DNA of 64,000 nucleotides from an uncultured Synergistaceae bacterium (GCA_964482015.1 CAYZYF010000002.1:26639-90638), one strand, 5' to 3'; positions 19,659 to 29,892 are shown, counted from the first letter of the stretch. Made by a program: numbers and translations. The notes: generated from the sequence alone by a model not told the origin.

Positions 19659-21568
19659 ACAAATATCCCGAGCATGTTGAGCTGCGGGCTGCCGCAGAGA
19701 TCATGAAACGGCACTTCGGTGCGGAAAAGAACAGAAAATATGTCGAGAAAAACATTTCGGACTCCTTGGGAGATGTCCTGACACGGGACATAGCCGCCCT
19801 AAGGAATGTCCCTCACTATGCCGCATCCGCTGTCGACGGCTACGCCGTTGAAGCATCTTCCACGATAGGTGCGACGCCGGGCACCCCTGTGACTCTTGAA
19901 ACCGCCCGATATGTCTGGGTAAACACCGGTTCAGATGTTCCGCATTGGGCAAATTCGGTCCTTATGGTCGAGGATTCTTCGCTCGCCGGGGAGGATCTCC
20001 TCGTATATAAAAGCCTCACCCCCTCCGCCAATGTCAGGCCACTGGGGGAAGATGTAATGGCGGGTCAGATCATAGCGCGAGCGGGTGATACTGTGACCCC
20101 CGCCCTGATATCGCTTTTTTTGTGCGCAGGGCTGGAAAAGGTACCTGTTTTCGCAAAACCGAGAACTCTCTTCATACCGACGGGCGACGAGGTGGTGGCG
20201 AGAGGAGAATGGCTCTCGGACCCCGAACCAAGGTCGGGCACTGTTGCGGAGAGCAATTCACTTTTTATCGAAGCCTCGTTTGATGAGTGGGGGTTTGAAG
20301 TGGATGTGACTTCAATAATCCCCGATGATCCGGAGGTCCTGAGGGCCAAAGTCCTTGAGGGAGCTGAGAAGTACGACTTAGTGATGGTCGGTGCGGGCTC
20401 GGCAAAGGGCAGAAGAGACCATACATTTGACGTTTTAAATGATGCGGGCGAGATCCTCTTCCGCTGGATCAGGATGAAACCGGGACGTCCGGCCATGGCT
20501 GCCGACATAAAGGGCAAGCCTGTTGTCTGCCTGCCCGGTTTTCCGATGTCGACCGCAGTGGTCCTGTGGAGCGTGGTATATCCGCTGCTGAATACCCTCA
20601 GCGGCAGGGAGGGGGAGTATGAGGAGCAGCTCAGGACGGCTGCGGGGGCTTTTAAGACTCTCGAGACCAAGCTCCTTATCCAGCATTCTTCATCTCCCGG
20701 CATCGAAGAGTGGCTTAGAATGCAGGCCGCCGAGGTAAACGGAATCCTCTATTCTTGGGCGCTCACCTCGGGAGCGAGTGTGCTCTGGGCCCTTGCAGAG
20801 GCCGACGGCATCGCGCTGCTTCCGCCTTCAGCCCTTGAGTGCGAAAAAGGTATGGATGTCACTCTCTGGATGAGAAGGAATGTCGGCTTTAAAAAACGCA
20901 TCCTCTTTCAAGGATCGGACGATCCCGCGATACAGCTGCTGATAACCCCGATCAGACGAAGGGGCGGGGATATGGTATGCAGAGCTGTGGGCAGCATGGG
21001 AGGGCTGGCTGCCCTGAGCAGAGGAGAATGCCACCTCGCGGCGGCACATCTTCTGGACGACAGCACCGGAGGCTATAACGACAGCTTTATAGAACGATTT
21101 TCAGGAGGCGCGCCGTGGGAGAGGATCCTGGTCTTCTACAGAAGTCAGGGCATAATCGTACAGTCGGGGAATCCGAAAAAGATATACAGTTTCGAAGACC
21201 TTTGCGCCGGTGACAACGTTTTTTCCAACAGGCAGCCGGGGGCCGGAACTAGGGTCCTCTTTGATCACCTGCTTAAAAAAATCGGAAAATCGCCGTCCGA
21301 TATAAAGGGTTACGGACAGCAGTGCACCACCCACATGGAGGCTGGAAATCGCGTCTTCACCGGACTGGCGGACGCAACGATCGGCATAAAGTCCGCGGCC
21401 GACGCCCTAGGACTGGATTTCATCCCGCTGACCGAGGAACCTTACGAACTGGTGATCCCTTCCGAACATATGGATCATCCCGGGATCCGCGCGCTGCTCG
21501 CCTCTCTGGAGGAGAGGGCCTGGAGAGAGGCGGTCGAGGCCATGGGAGGCTACAGATGGGCGGACTGA
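19652..21568 (+). CDS. moeA: MoeA fused to a C-terminal PBP/LysR-type oxyanion-binding domain
   Basis: SAVDGYAV, PTGDE, KPGRP, LPGFP, then GSMGGLAAL and NRQPGAGTRVL. Confidence 0.9.
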   Translation: MVNKYPEHVELRAAAEIMKRHFGAEKNRKYVEKNISDSLGDVLTRDIAALRNVPHYAASAVDGYAVEASSTIGATPGTPVTLETARYVWVNTGSDVPHWANSVLMVEDSSLAGEDLLVYKSLTPSANVRPLGEDVMAGQIIARAGDTVTPALISLFLCAGLEKVPVFAKPRTLFIPTGDEVVARGEWLSDPEPRSGTVAESNSLFIEASFDEWGFEVDVTSIIPDDPEVLRAKVLEGAEKYDLVMVGAGSAKGRRDHTFDVLNDAGEILFRWIRMKPGRPAMAADIKGKPVVCLPGFPMSTAVVLWSVVYPLLNTLSGREGEYEEQLRTAAGAFKTLETKLLIQHSSSPGIEEWLRMQAAEVNGILYSWALTSGASVLWALAEADGIALLPPSALECEKGMDVTLWMRRNVGFKKRILFQGSDDPAIQLLITPIRRRGGDMVCRAVGSMGGLAALSRGECHLAAAHLLDDSTGGYNDSFIERFSGGAPWERILVFYRSQGIIVQSGNPKKIYSFEDLCAGDNVFSNRQPGAGTRVLFDHLLKKIGKSPSDIKGYGQQCTTHMEAGNRVFTGLADATIGIKSAADALGLDFIPLTEEPYELVIPSEHMDHPGIRALLASLEERAWREAVEAMGGYRWAD

Positions 21569-22530
21569 CGGATGAATACGGAAGAAACCTCAACTATGTC
21601 CGCATCTCCGTGACGGACAGGTGCAATTACAGGTGTAAATACTGCATGCCTCCGGAGGGCGTAGAGTTTTTGGAACACAACGACATAATGAGGTATGAGG
21701 AGATCATTTTTCTCTGTGAGGTATTGAAAGAGCTTGGGGTGCGCAAACTGCGCTTTACCGGGGGAGAACCTCTCGTAAGAAGGGGGATGGTCGACTTTCT
21801 TGGTGAACTCAACAGAAAGTTTCCGGGAATGAAGACCGCCCTGACCACCAACGGCTCTCTCCTCGCGCAGCACGCGGAGCGGCTTGCCGAAGCAAATCTG
21901 CATTCATTGAACATAAGCCTTGACACTCTGGATCCCGTTAAGTTTGCCGATGTCACAAGGCTGGGTAAGATAGAGGACGTTATCGAGGGGATAAGGGCGG
22001 CCGTGAGGGCCAAGATAAGAAATATAAAACTCAATACTGTACTTATAAAGGGTTTCAACGATGATGAGATAGAGGATATGCTTAAGTTTGCCAAGAGGGA
22101 AAAAGTGCTGCTCAGGCTAATAGAGTTTATGCCCCTTGAGGACGATGTATGGAACAAGGATGCCTTTATCAGCGGGGAGGAGATTCTCGCGATGCTGCCT
22201 GGAGGCGATGCATGGAAGCCTGAAAAGCCGGGAGCTGCCGAGGCCGGACCGGCGAGATACTATACAAATTCGGAGACGGGGGATTCGATAGGGATAATCA
22301 CGGCAGTATCGAATCATTTTTGCAGGTACTGCAACCGCCTAAGGATCTCGGCCACAGGCAGGCTTCGTACGTGCCTCTTCGCACCCGACGATATACCGCT
22401 CAGGCATCTGATCCTTAAGTCTGACAAAGAGGGCCTTAAGGACCTTATTATGGGCAGCGTCAGAAGCAAGCCGGGATGCTGGATGGACGTAAGGACCGGA
22501 CATCAGCATATGTCCGGCATAGGAGGTTAG
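21556..22530 (+). CDS. moaA: GTP 3',8-cyclase
   Basis: RISVTDRCNYRCKYC, TGGEP, FCRYCNRLR, C-terminal IGG. Confidence 0.96.
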   Translation: MGGLTDEYGRNLNYVRISVTDRCNYRCKYCMPPEGVEFLEHNDIMRYEEIIFLCEVLKELGVRKLRFTGGEPLVRRGMVDFLGELNRKFPGMKTALTTNGSLLAQHAERLAEANLHSLNISLDTLDPVKFADVTRLGKIEDVIEGIRAAVRAKIRNIKLNTVLIKGFNDDEIEDMLKFAKREKVLLRLIEFMPLEDDVWNKDAFISGEEILAMLPGGDAWKPEKPGAAEAGPARYYTNSETGDSIGIITAVSNHFCRYCNRLRISATGRLRTCLFAPDDIPLRHLILKSDKEGLKDLIMGSVRSKPGCWMDVRTGHQHMSGIGG

Positions 22531-22533
22531 GTT

Positions 22534-23025
22534 ATGGCCGATTACACACATTTCGACGGAGAGGGCAGGCCCGTTCTGGTTGACGTGAGCAAAAAAAAGG
22601 TCACAGCGCGGACGGCTCTGGCTGAGGGATGGATAGATCTTCCCGACCTGGTATTTGAAAAAGTTTCTGCGGGCGACCTGAAGAAGGGCGATCCTTTTCT
22701 TATCTCTGAGCTGGCGGGCATAATGGGGGCAAAAAAGACCCCCGGCCTCATACCGCTCTGTCATACCATCACCCTTGCCAATGTCACGGTCAAGTGCCGT
22801 CTGGCGGAGGCGGCGAGGGCGGTCAGGATAACCTGCGAAGCCGCCGCAGACGATGTTACGGGGGTAGAGATGGAGGCCCTGACGGGGGTCTCTCTCGCAG
22901 CGCTCTGCTTTTACGACATGTGCAAGGGGATAGATAAGGGCATGGTCATAAGAGATATACGCCTCCTTAAAAAAACGGGGGGTAAAAGCGGCGAATGGAC
23001 GGCTGAGGAGGTGTACGAGGTATGA
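22534..23025 (+). CDS. moaC: Cyclic pyranopterin monophosphate synthase
   Basis: LVDVSKK, LIPLCH, TGVEMEAL, YDMCK, KTGGKSG. Confidence 0.96.
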   Translation: MADYTHFDGEGRPVLVDVSKKKVTARTALAEGWIDLPDLVFEKVSAGDLKKGDPFLISELAGIMGAKKTPGLIPLCHTITLANVTVKCRLAEAARAVRITCEAAADDVTGVEMEALTGVSLAALCFYDMCKGIDKGMVIRDIRLLKKTGGKSGEWTAEEVYEV

Positions 23026-23855
23026 GGATACTGAGGCTTTACGCTCCTTCTCTAACGGGGGATCACACTCTTTGCTACGTGCACGTTAACTCCGATGGAA
23101 AGAGCTGTGTCAACGAGGTGCCTATCGTAATAACCTATGCGGCGCCGGGTTCGGATCTTTCTTCGGAAAGCTGCGGCAAAAGCATGACGATAGTGCTCTC
23201 CGGTGAGCCTCGTCCCGATGACGGTGATTTTCTGGCGGTCTGCGGAGGAGACACGCTGCTTAGGTGGAATGGCGGCTCTGATAATTTCAGCGTTGCCACA
23301 CCGGGATTTCTGAGCGTCTCCGCGAAGGCGGAAGTGTGGCGCCCCATCAGGACAGCCATCCTTACGGTAAGCGACAAGGGCAGCAGAGGCGAGAGGATCG
23401 ACACTGCCGGTCCCGAGCTGGAAAGGCTGGTTTCAGCGATAGGAGCCGTTGTGGGGGAAAAAAAGATCGTACCTGACGAGAAAGGCGTTATTGAAGAGAG
23501 CCTGAAGGCCTGGTGCGGCGAAGGGTTCGACCTCATACTGACTACGGGGGGAACGGGGCTTTCGCCCAGGGACGTTACTCCCGAGGCGCTTATGGCGATA
23601 GCGGAAAAGACCGTCCCCGGCTTTGGGGAGGTTATGCGAATGAGGACCCTTGAGTTCACGGATAGGGCGTTTCTCTCCAGGAACCTTGCCGTCATAAGGA
23701 AAAAGAGCCTTATTATTGCGTTTCCCGGCAGCCGCCGAGGAGCCGGACAGTGTTTTGAGGCTGTAGCTCCCGCTTTGAGGCATGCTGTTGAGACGCTTAC
23801 GGGTCGGGAAGGCGAGTGCGGCGAACAGCCTTCGGGCCGGCGGTACAGCCATTGA
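23022..23855 (+). CDS. mog: MogA/MoaB molybdopterin adenylyltransferase with ~105-aa N-terminal extension
   Basis: ILTVSD, D-x-x-G-P, TTGGTGLSPRDVTPEA, PGFGE, LSR, FPGS. Confidence 0.88.
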   Translation: MRILRLYAPSLTGDHTLCYVHVNSDGKSCVNEVPIVITYAAPGSDLSSESCGKSMTIVLSGEPRPDDGDFLAVCGGDTLLRWNGGSDNFSVATPGFLSVSAKAEVWRPIRTAILTVSDKGSRGERIDTAGPELERLVSAIGAVVGEKKIVPDEKGVIEESLKAWCGEGFDLILTTGGTGLSPRDVTPEALMAIAEKTVPGFGEVMRMRTLEFTDRAFLSRNLAVIRKKSLIIAFPGSRRGAGQCFEAVAPALRHAVETLTGREGECGEQPSGRRYSH

Positions 23856-23875
23856 CGAAGGAGGAGGCAGGAGGA

Positions 23876-24769
23876 ATGTCGGAAGAACGTGCTTCAAACA
23901 AGATCAAAAGATGTGTAATAATCACCGGCATGTCCGGGGGAGGAAAGTCTTCGGCCCTCCATATATTTGAGGATCAGGGCTTTTACGTTATAGACAACCT
24001 GCCGCCGACACTGCTGCCGCAGCTGCTCGACGTGCTGATGAACCACCAGTCCGCAGTTTGCTGCGGCGTCGCCGCGGTGGTCGACGTGCGGGGTGAAGAG
24101 CTTCTCGATGATCTGGATAACGTTCTGCCCCTGCTCCGCCGCAAGACAGAAAGGCTTGAGATACTCTTTGTGGACGCCTCGGATGATGTGCTCGTAAGAA
24201 GATACGAGACGACAAGGCGCAGGCACCCCCTTACCGGCAACTCCACGATACTCGACGGGCTTGCGAAAGAGAGGGAGATGCTGGCGCATATCCGCAGGGA
24301 TGCCGACATCGTGATCGACACCTCCGGCATGAAAACCACCGAATTCAGGACCAGGCTCTTTGAGGTCATGGGCATGACATCGAACAAAATAAACGTGATA
24401 ATAAGCTCTTTCGGATTCAAATTCGGGCTGCCCCAGGATTCGGATTATGTGCTTGACGTGAGATTCCTTCCCAACCCAAATTACGTTGATGAGCTGCACC
24501 CTCTTTCGGGCAGGGATCAGGAGGTCAGAAAATACCTCTCTGGGTTCGAAGCACTGGAGACGTTTATAAACAGAGCGGAGGAACTTCTGGATTTTATCGC
24601 TTCAGTTTATCCGGGGACCGGTAAAAACCAGCTCCACATTGCAATAGGCTGTACCGGGGGAAGGCACAGGTCGGTCGCAGTTTCGGAGATCCTAGGAAAC
24701 AACCTGAAAAAAAGGGGAAACAGCGTCATAGTGAAGCATAGAGACATAGACAAGGGGAATTATCTGTGA
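23876..24769 (+). CDS. rapZ: RapZ/YvcJ P-loop protein
   Basis: TGMSGGGKS, DNLP, DVR, ETTRRRHPL, SFGFKFG, DVRFLPNP, GCTGGRHRSV. Confidence 0.95.
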   Translation: MSEERASNKIKRCVIITGMSGGGKSSALHIFEDQGFYVIDNLPPTLLPQLLDVLMNHQSAVCCGVAAVVDVRGEELLDDLDNVLPLLRRKTERLEILFVDASDDVLVRRYETTRRRHPLTGNSTILDGLAKEREMLAHIRRDADIVIDTSGMKTTEFRTRLFEVMGMTSNKINVIISSFGFKFGLPQDSDYVLDVRFLPNPNYVDELHPLSGRDQEVRKYLSGFEALETFINRAEELLDFIASVYPGTGKNQLHIAIGCTGGRHRSVAVSEILGNNLKKRGNSVIVKHRDIDKGNYL

Positions 24770-25890
24770 GACCTTTTACCATGCTGCTGCTCCTTTTGAC
24801 ATTCGGTGCGGCTGCGCTCTCCTTTTATATCCTCTCCTCGCGCGGGACCGGCAGAATAAAAAAACAGCCGGGAAGGCACGGAGTTATGACCAATGCGGTA
24901 GAGTACAGGCTCTCTTTGGGTCCGAGGATAGTGACGATAGGCGGGGGTACGGGGCTCTCCACCCTGCTCGGCGGACTGAAGGCCTTCACTCGGAACATAA
25001 CTGCGGTCGTTGCCGTCACCGATGAAGGAGGCAGTTCCGGCCGCCTGAGGCAAGAGTGGGGCATGCTGCCGCCCGGAGACATAAGGAACTGCATAGTTGC
25101 CCTTGCCGAGAATGACAGCTCCCTCAACAGGCTCCTCAACTTCAGATTTGACAGGGGCGAGCTTAAGGGGCATAACCTCGGCAACCTGATACTTCTCGCG
25201 ACTACGGAGATGATGGGCGATTTCCAGAGGGCGGTAGAGGAACTCAACAAAATGCTCGCTATAAGAGGACAGGTACTTCCGGTTACTACCGAGACAGTAA
25301 CGCTTATGGGCGAAACAAAAGAGGGCAAGAGGGTCAGAGGAGAGCTCGAGGTCTCGGACAACGGCGGCGACCTCGTCAAGCTTTGGATAGAGCCCTGTAC
25401 AGCGCCTCCGCTGGACGGCGTGAAGAGGGCCGTCAAGTCGGCGGACCTTATAGTGCTGGGACCTGGGAGCCTCTTCACCAGCGTGCTTCCGAACCTGCTG
25501 CTTAAGGACCTTTCAGAGCTGCTTCAGGAGACGCCTGTACCTATAGTTTACGTTGCAAATCTTGTGACCCAGCCCAGGGAGACCGAGGGAATGAACATCC
25601 TCGCGCATGTGGACTGGGTGGCGAGTGTTCTCGGAACAGTGCCGGATTTTCTTCTCGCCAACCAGGCTCCGATACCCGAAGAATTCCTTAGGAGATACGG
25701 CAAAACGGGAGCGGAGCCCCTTTACCTGTCAGGCGAAGAGGAGAAATACCTCAGGTCTCTCGGCACCACGGTCATATACGGTGATTTTGTAACGATCAAA
25801 GACGAAGAATACCTTAGACACAATGCACAGAATCTCTCAGAGGCCATAATGAGGCTCGCGAGAGAGGGCAGGGAGACGAAGGAAGGATAG
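24766..25890 (+). CDS. yvcK: YvcK/GlmR (CofD-like) UDP-GlcNAc-binding protein with N-terminal TM
   Basis: GGGTGLS, DEGGSSGRLR, PPGDIRNC, GHNLGNL, GPGSLFTS. Confidence 0.93.
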   Translation: MRPFTMLLLLLTFGAAALSFYILSSRGTGRIKKQPGRHGVMTNAVEYRLSLGPRIVTIGGGTGLSTLLGGLKAFTRNITAVVAVTDEGGSSGRLRQEWGMLPPGDIRNCIVALAENDSSLNRLLNFRFDRGELKGHNLGNLILLATTEMMGDFQRAVEELNKMLAIRGQVLPVTTETVTLMGETKEGKRVRGELEVSDNGGDLVKLWIEPCTAPPLDGVKRAVKSADLIVLGPGSLFTSVLPNLLLKDLSELLQETPVPIVYVANLVTQPRETEGMNILAHVDWVASVLGTVPDFLLANQAPIPEEFLRRYGKTGAEPLYLSGEEEKYLRSLGTTVIYGDFVTIKDEEYLRHNAQNLSEAIMRLAREGRETKEG

Positions 25891-26799
25891 ATGGGCGAGC
25901 TGAACAGCAGGATCTGGGACGAATGGCTGTCATTTCGGCCGACCGCACCCGTTGAAGATGAGATAGCCGGGATCCTTGACGGGATGAATCGGGTCGTACT
26001 CTGCGATGGCCCTGAATTCTCCTCAGGGAGGATCTTTGCCGTAAGGCGGCTTTTGAAGCTGTGGCCAGTTTCGGACTTTCGCGAGGCCGGACCTATAAGG
26101 ATAACTTACGGCGACCTGCCCAAGAGCAGAGTCCGCTTTCTGCTTGAGGCCGGGCTCGCCGACGAGATAGCTCAAAGGATCTCAGCAACGCCCCGAAATA
26201 AGCGTAACTGGAATTGGGCAAGGGGCCTGTGGGGAAGCTGCGGGGCCCTTTACGTGCCGAGAATGGGTTACCATATGGTCATCAGGCCTCCGGCGGGAAG
26301 TGATGCCGTTGAAAGGCTTTTATCCATGTTGAAGTCGGCAGGCTTCAGCGTTGCCCTGAGAACAAAGGGAGGCATGAGGGAACTGATGCTGAGGGACCAG
26401 CAGCAGATAGTGACATTTCTCACGAGGCTTGGATTTGTGAGGACCGCGCTGGCCCTTGAGGAGACAGCGATCTACAGGTCTATGAGGAGCCGAGCCAATA
26501 AACTGGTAAACTGCGATTCCGCCAATATCAACAAGACCCTGAGGGCAGCCGAAAGGCAGATGATGCTTATCAGAGAGATGGAAGAGGCGGGGATCGTGGA
26601 TGATCTCCCTGAAGACCTCAGAGAGCTTGTTTACGCCAGGAAAAAAAATCCCAGCGTAACATTAAGGGAACTTGGACAGAATCTGCCGAGACCGATTAGC
26701 AAAAGTACGGTAGAATATAGATGGAGGAAATGTGAAAATATGTTGCATAAGCTGTTGAAGGGGGATGGTGGCCATGTATTTGGGAAAGGCAGACGTTAA
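25891..26799 (+). CDS. whiA: DNA-binding protein WhiA
   Basis: RGLWGSCG (degenerate LAGLIDADG), NKLVNCDSAN, C-terminal HTH TLRELG..ISKSTVEYR; rapZ-yvcK-whiA order. Confidence 0.88.
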   Translation: MGELNSRIWDEWLSFRPTAPVEDEIAGILDGMNRVVLCDGPEFSSGRIFAVRRLLKLWPVSDFREAGPIRITYGDLPKSRVRFLLEAGLADEIAQRISATPRNKRNWNWARGLWGSCGALYVPRMGYHMVIRPPAGSDAVERLLSMLKSAGFSVALRTKGGMRELMLRDQQQIVTFLTRLGFVRTALALEETAIYRSMRSRANKLVNCDSANINKTLRAAERQMMLIREMEEAGIVDDLPEDLRELVYARKKNPSVTLRELGQNLPRPISKSTVEYRWRKCENMLHKLLKGDGGHVFGKGRR

Positions 26800-28747
26800 C
26801 ACCTATGATAAGGGGGCGGGCAGGGAGTATCTCGTTTCCAACGGCCGGGGCAGCTACGGGTTTTCAACGGTCATCGGAGCGAATACGAGAAGAGAACACG
26901 GACTCCTTGTAGTCCGCCCCGAAGGAGAGACACAGCACTCGGTACTCATAAGCAAGATCGAAGAGACTGTCTACCACGACAAAAAGAAATATCAGCTTTC
27001 GACCAACCGCTACAAAGACCTGGTCTATCCTGACGGATACAGGTATCTTCAGGAATATCAAGGCAACCCATTTCCAAGCATGTTGTTCGTCATACACAGC
27101 ATCCTCCTCAAGAAATCAATTTTCATGCCGCAGGGAAAAGCATGCACAATAATCAAATACGAACTTCTGGCGGCCCCGGATAAGATACGGGTCGACCTGA
27201 GACCTCTGTTCGCGCACAGGATAAACTCGGAGATATGCCCCGATTCGGCCAAGGGAGATTTCAGGCTGTCGATGAAAGAGGGCAGCTCCGTAGGGGTAGA
27301 AGGAAAGGGCAGGATCAGCTATTTCCGGACCACGTCCGGAACATGGGCATCCAAGCCGCTCTGGTATGAAAACCTGATATACGAACAAGACGACACTCCC
27401 GACATTCCATCTGTCGACCATCTGTGGTCGCCGGGCTATGTGAGCAATGACATGTCCGAAGGAGACGTCATATACGTGATCCTTTCGGACGAACAGCCTG
27501 TCCTCTCGCCGGAGGATATACTGGCCGTCGAAAGGGAATGCGAGGAGAGATTTGAGAATATTCTGGAGCAGGCCAACCTGCCGGCTTTCAGCAGTGCCGA
27601 GCAGGATATGATAGCGGCCTCCTACCATCTTATAGATGACCGGGACGATCCTATATCTCCCGTATACAGCGGCTATCCCTCCGTCGAATACAAGACGAGG
27701 GACACATTCGTCTCCCTTCCCGGACTTACTCTGGCTACGGGCAGGGAAGAGACAGCTCAAAGAATACTCCGGATATGGGCCGGTACCTGCGAAGAAAACG
27801 GCTGGGTGATGCCGGGACGCATAGTGCCGGACAAAAGGTGTGTTTTCGAAGGCGCCGACAGCGGACTCTGGTACGTCTATGCCGCGGACAAGTATACGAA
27901 GCACGTCGGCGTGAAGGAAGAGGATATACGGATCAGGAAAGCGGCGAGGAATATGGCAGATCGCTATGCCGAAGGGATAGACCTGCTGGGCCTCTCATGC
28001 GGCAGGGAAGGCCTTCTTCACATAGATTCCGACGATCCGAGCAGGCATTGGATGGATGGGACCGCCGGGGGAGAGATCGTGGTCTCAAGGAGAGGCTATC
28101 TGGTAGAGGTCAACGCCCTCTGGTACAACGCGCTGAAGGCATGTGAAGGCTTTGCCGAAGCGGACGGAGAGACCGAAGCGGCGGGAAAATATAGAAAGGC
28201 CGCCGAAAAGTGCGCGGATTCCTTCCGCAGGATCTTCTGGAACGGCGATAAAAAATGTCTTTTTGACTGGGTAGATCCCGAGGGCACCGCGAGGGACCAT
28301 TCTGTAAGGCCCAACCAGATCCTGGCTGTCTCGCTCCCTCACTCGCCGCTTACGGACGATATGGCAAAGAGTGTAATCAGAGCATGCTGGGACGAGCTTT
28401 ATACAACATACGGACTGCGGACGCTCGATCCCAGGCAGGACAAGTTCAAGGGAAGATCTGAGGGAAGGCTGGACCAGAGGATGAAGGCCCGCTTCAGAGG
28501 CATGGCGTGGCCGTGGCTGCTTGGCGAGTTTATCACCGCCTTTATCAGGCACAATCCTTCCAGAAGGGACCTCGGATGGATGTTCATGCGTCCATTTAAT
28601 TCCCACATAAGACACAGGTGTCTTGGAGGCATAGCCGAATATTTTGACGGTATGATGCCCTATAAGCCTCACGGAGATGTCCTTAGCGCAATGGCTCTCG
28701 GCGAACTCCTGAGGGTCCTGCACGAAGACCTTCAGGTGGAAGACTGA
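26774..28747 (+). CDS. Glycogen debranching enzyme-like (amylo-alpha-1,6-glucosidase family) protein, divergent motifs
   Basis: REYLVSNGRGSY, NTRREHGLL, RDTFVSLPGL, WMD, VEVNALWYNAL, RPNQ, GLRTL, WPWL. Confidence 0.8.
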   Translation: MYLGKADVNTYDKGAGREYLVSNGRGSYGFSTVIGANTRREHGLLVVRPEGETQHSVLISKIEETVYHDKKKYQLSTNRYKDLVYPDGYRYLQEYQGNPFPSMLFVIHSILLKKSIFMPQGKACTIIKYELLAAPDKIRVDLRPLFAHRINSEICPDSAKGDFRLSMKEGSSVGVEGKGRISYFRTTSGTWASKPLWYENLIYEQDDTPDIPSVDHLWSPGYVSNDMSEGDVIYVILSDEQPVLSPEDILAVERECEERFENILEQANLPAFSSAEQDMIAASYHLIDDRDDPISPVYSGYPSVEYKTRDTFVSLPGLTLATGREETAQRILRIWAGTCEENGWVMPGRIVPDKRCVFEGADSGLWYVYAADKYTKHVGVKEEDIRIRKAARNMADRYAEGIDLLGLSCGREGLLHIDSDDPSRHWMDGTAGGEIVVSRRGYLVEVNALWYNALKACEGFAEADGETEAAGKYRKAAEKCADSFRRIFWNGDKKCLFDWVDPEGTARDHSVRPNQILAVSLPHSPLTDDMAKSVIRACWDELYTTYGLRTLDPRQDKFKGRSEGRLDQRMKARFRGMAWPWLLGEFITAFIRHNPSRRDLGWMFMRPFNSHIRHRCLGGIAEYFDGMMPYKPHGDVLSAMALGELLRVLHEDLQVED

Positions 28748-28869
28748 TCGCAGGCAGGCTGCAGGTGACCAAATGCAGCGAAACGGCGGCGAGGCTGAAG
28801 TGCAGTTTTAAGCATGTGTTCAATTGTTCACAAGTGATTTTGTGAAAAAAATATAAGGAGGCAGTATTT

Positions 28870-29892
28870 ATGGCAAAGTACAAGGTAGCGATCAACGGTT
28901 TTGGGCGTATCGGGAGGCTCTCCCTCCGTTCTTTCTTTATGAACGGAAAAGAAAATCTCTTTGAGGTCGTCGCAGTAAACGATCTGACCCCTCCGGAATC
29001 CCTCGCATATCTCTTAAAGTATGACTCGGTCTTCCGTCGTTTTCCCGGTGAAGTATCTATAGACGGAGACTTCCTCGTAGTAAACGGAAAAAAGATAAAA
29101 GCTGTGGCTGAGCCCGATCCCGCAAAGCTTCCCTGGAAAGAGCTCGGAGTGGATATCGTCGTCGAGAGCACCGGCCGTTTCACCGACGCCAATGCGGCGA
29201 AAGCTCATATCGCGGCGGGGGCAAAGAAAGTTATCATCTCAGCTCCGGCCAAGAATCAGGATGCCACGATAGTAATGGGTGTAAACGAAGGCGTCTACGA
29301 TCCGGCAAAGCATAACGTGCTCTCAAACGCCTCCTGCACGACTAACTGCCTTGCCCCGGTGTGCAAGGTCCTCCAGGACAAGTTCGGCATCGTTGAAGGG
29401 CTTATGAACACGATCCACGCCTACACAAACGACCAGGTCACCCTCGACTTCCCGCACAAGTCGACACCGTCGAGAGGCAGGGCCGCCGCCCTTTCCATTA
29501 TCCCGACAACGACGGGAGCTGCGAAGGCCATCTCCGAGGTCATGCCCGAACTAAAGGGAAAACTGAACGGTTTTGCGCTTCGCGTGCCGACTCCCGACGT
29601 CTCTGTAGTTGACCTTACCGCTACCCTTGAAAAACCGGTGACGGTCGACGAAATCAACGCGGCCATGAAGGAGTACGCGGAAGGTCCCCTGAAGGGAATA
29701 CTTGGATATGAGCCCGAAGACCTCGTGTCCATGGATTTTGTCGGAGATCCCCGTTCTTCGATCTTCGCGCCGAGGCATACCATGGTAATGGGAGATAAAA
29801 TGGTAAAGATACTCTCATGGTATGACAACGAATGGGCCTACAGCAACAGGGTCATTGACCTCGCAAACTATATCTGTTCAAAGGGGATCTGA
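28870..29892 (+). CDS. gap: Type I glyceraldehyde-3-phosphate dehydrogenase
   Basis: [32 protein letters not shown]. Confidence 0.97.
   Translation: MAKYKVAINGFGRIGRLSLRSFFMNGKENLFEVVAVNDLTPPESLAYLLKYDSVFRRFPGEVSIDGDFLVVNGKKIKAVAEPDPAKLPWKELGVDIVVESTGRFTDANAAKAHIAAGAKKVIISAPAKNQDATIVMGVNEGVYDPAKHNVLSNASCTTNCLAPVCKVLQDKFGIVEGLMNTIHAYTNDQVTLDFPHKSTPSRGRAAALSIIPTTTGAAKAISEVMPELKGKLNGFALRVPTPDVSVVDLTATLEKPVTVDEINAAMKEYAEGPLKGILGYEPEDLVSMDFVGDPRSSIFAPRHTMVMGDKMVKILSWYDNEWAYSNRVIDLANYICSKGI

Noticed and set aside
21322-21555. Upstream extensions of moaA (likewise serA, pgk, ispA, murF) in the ORF track
   Set aside because: They overlap upstream genes; downstream starts have a good SD and match family N-termini.
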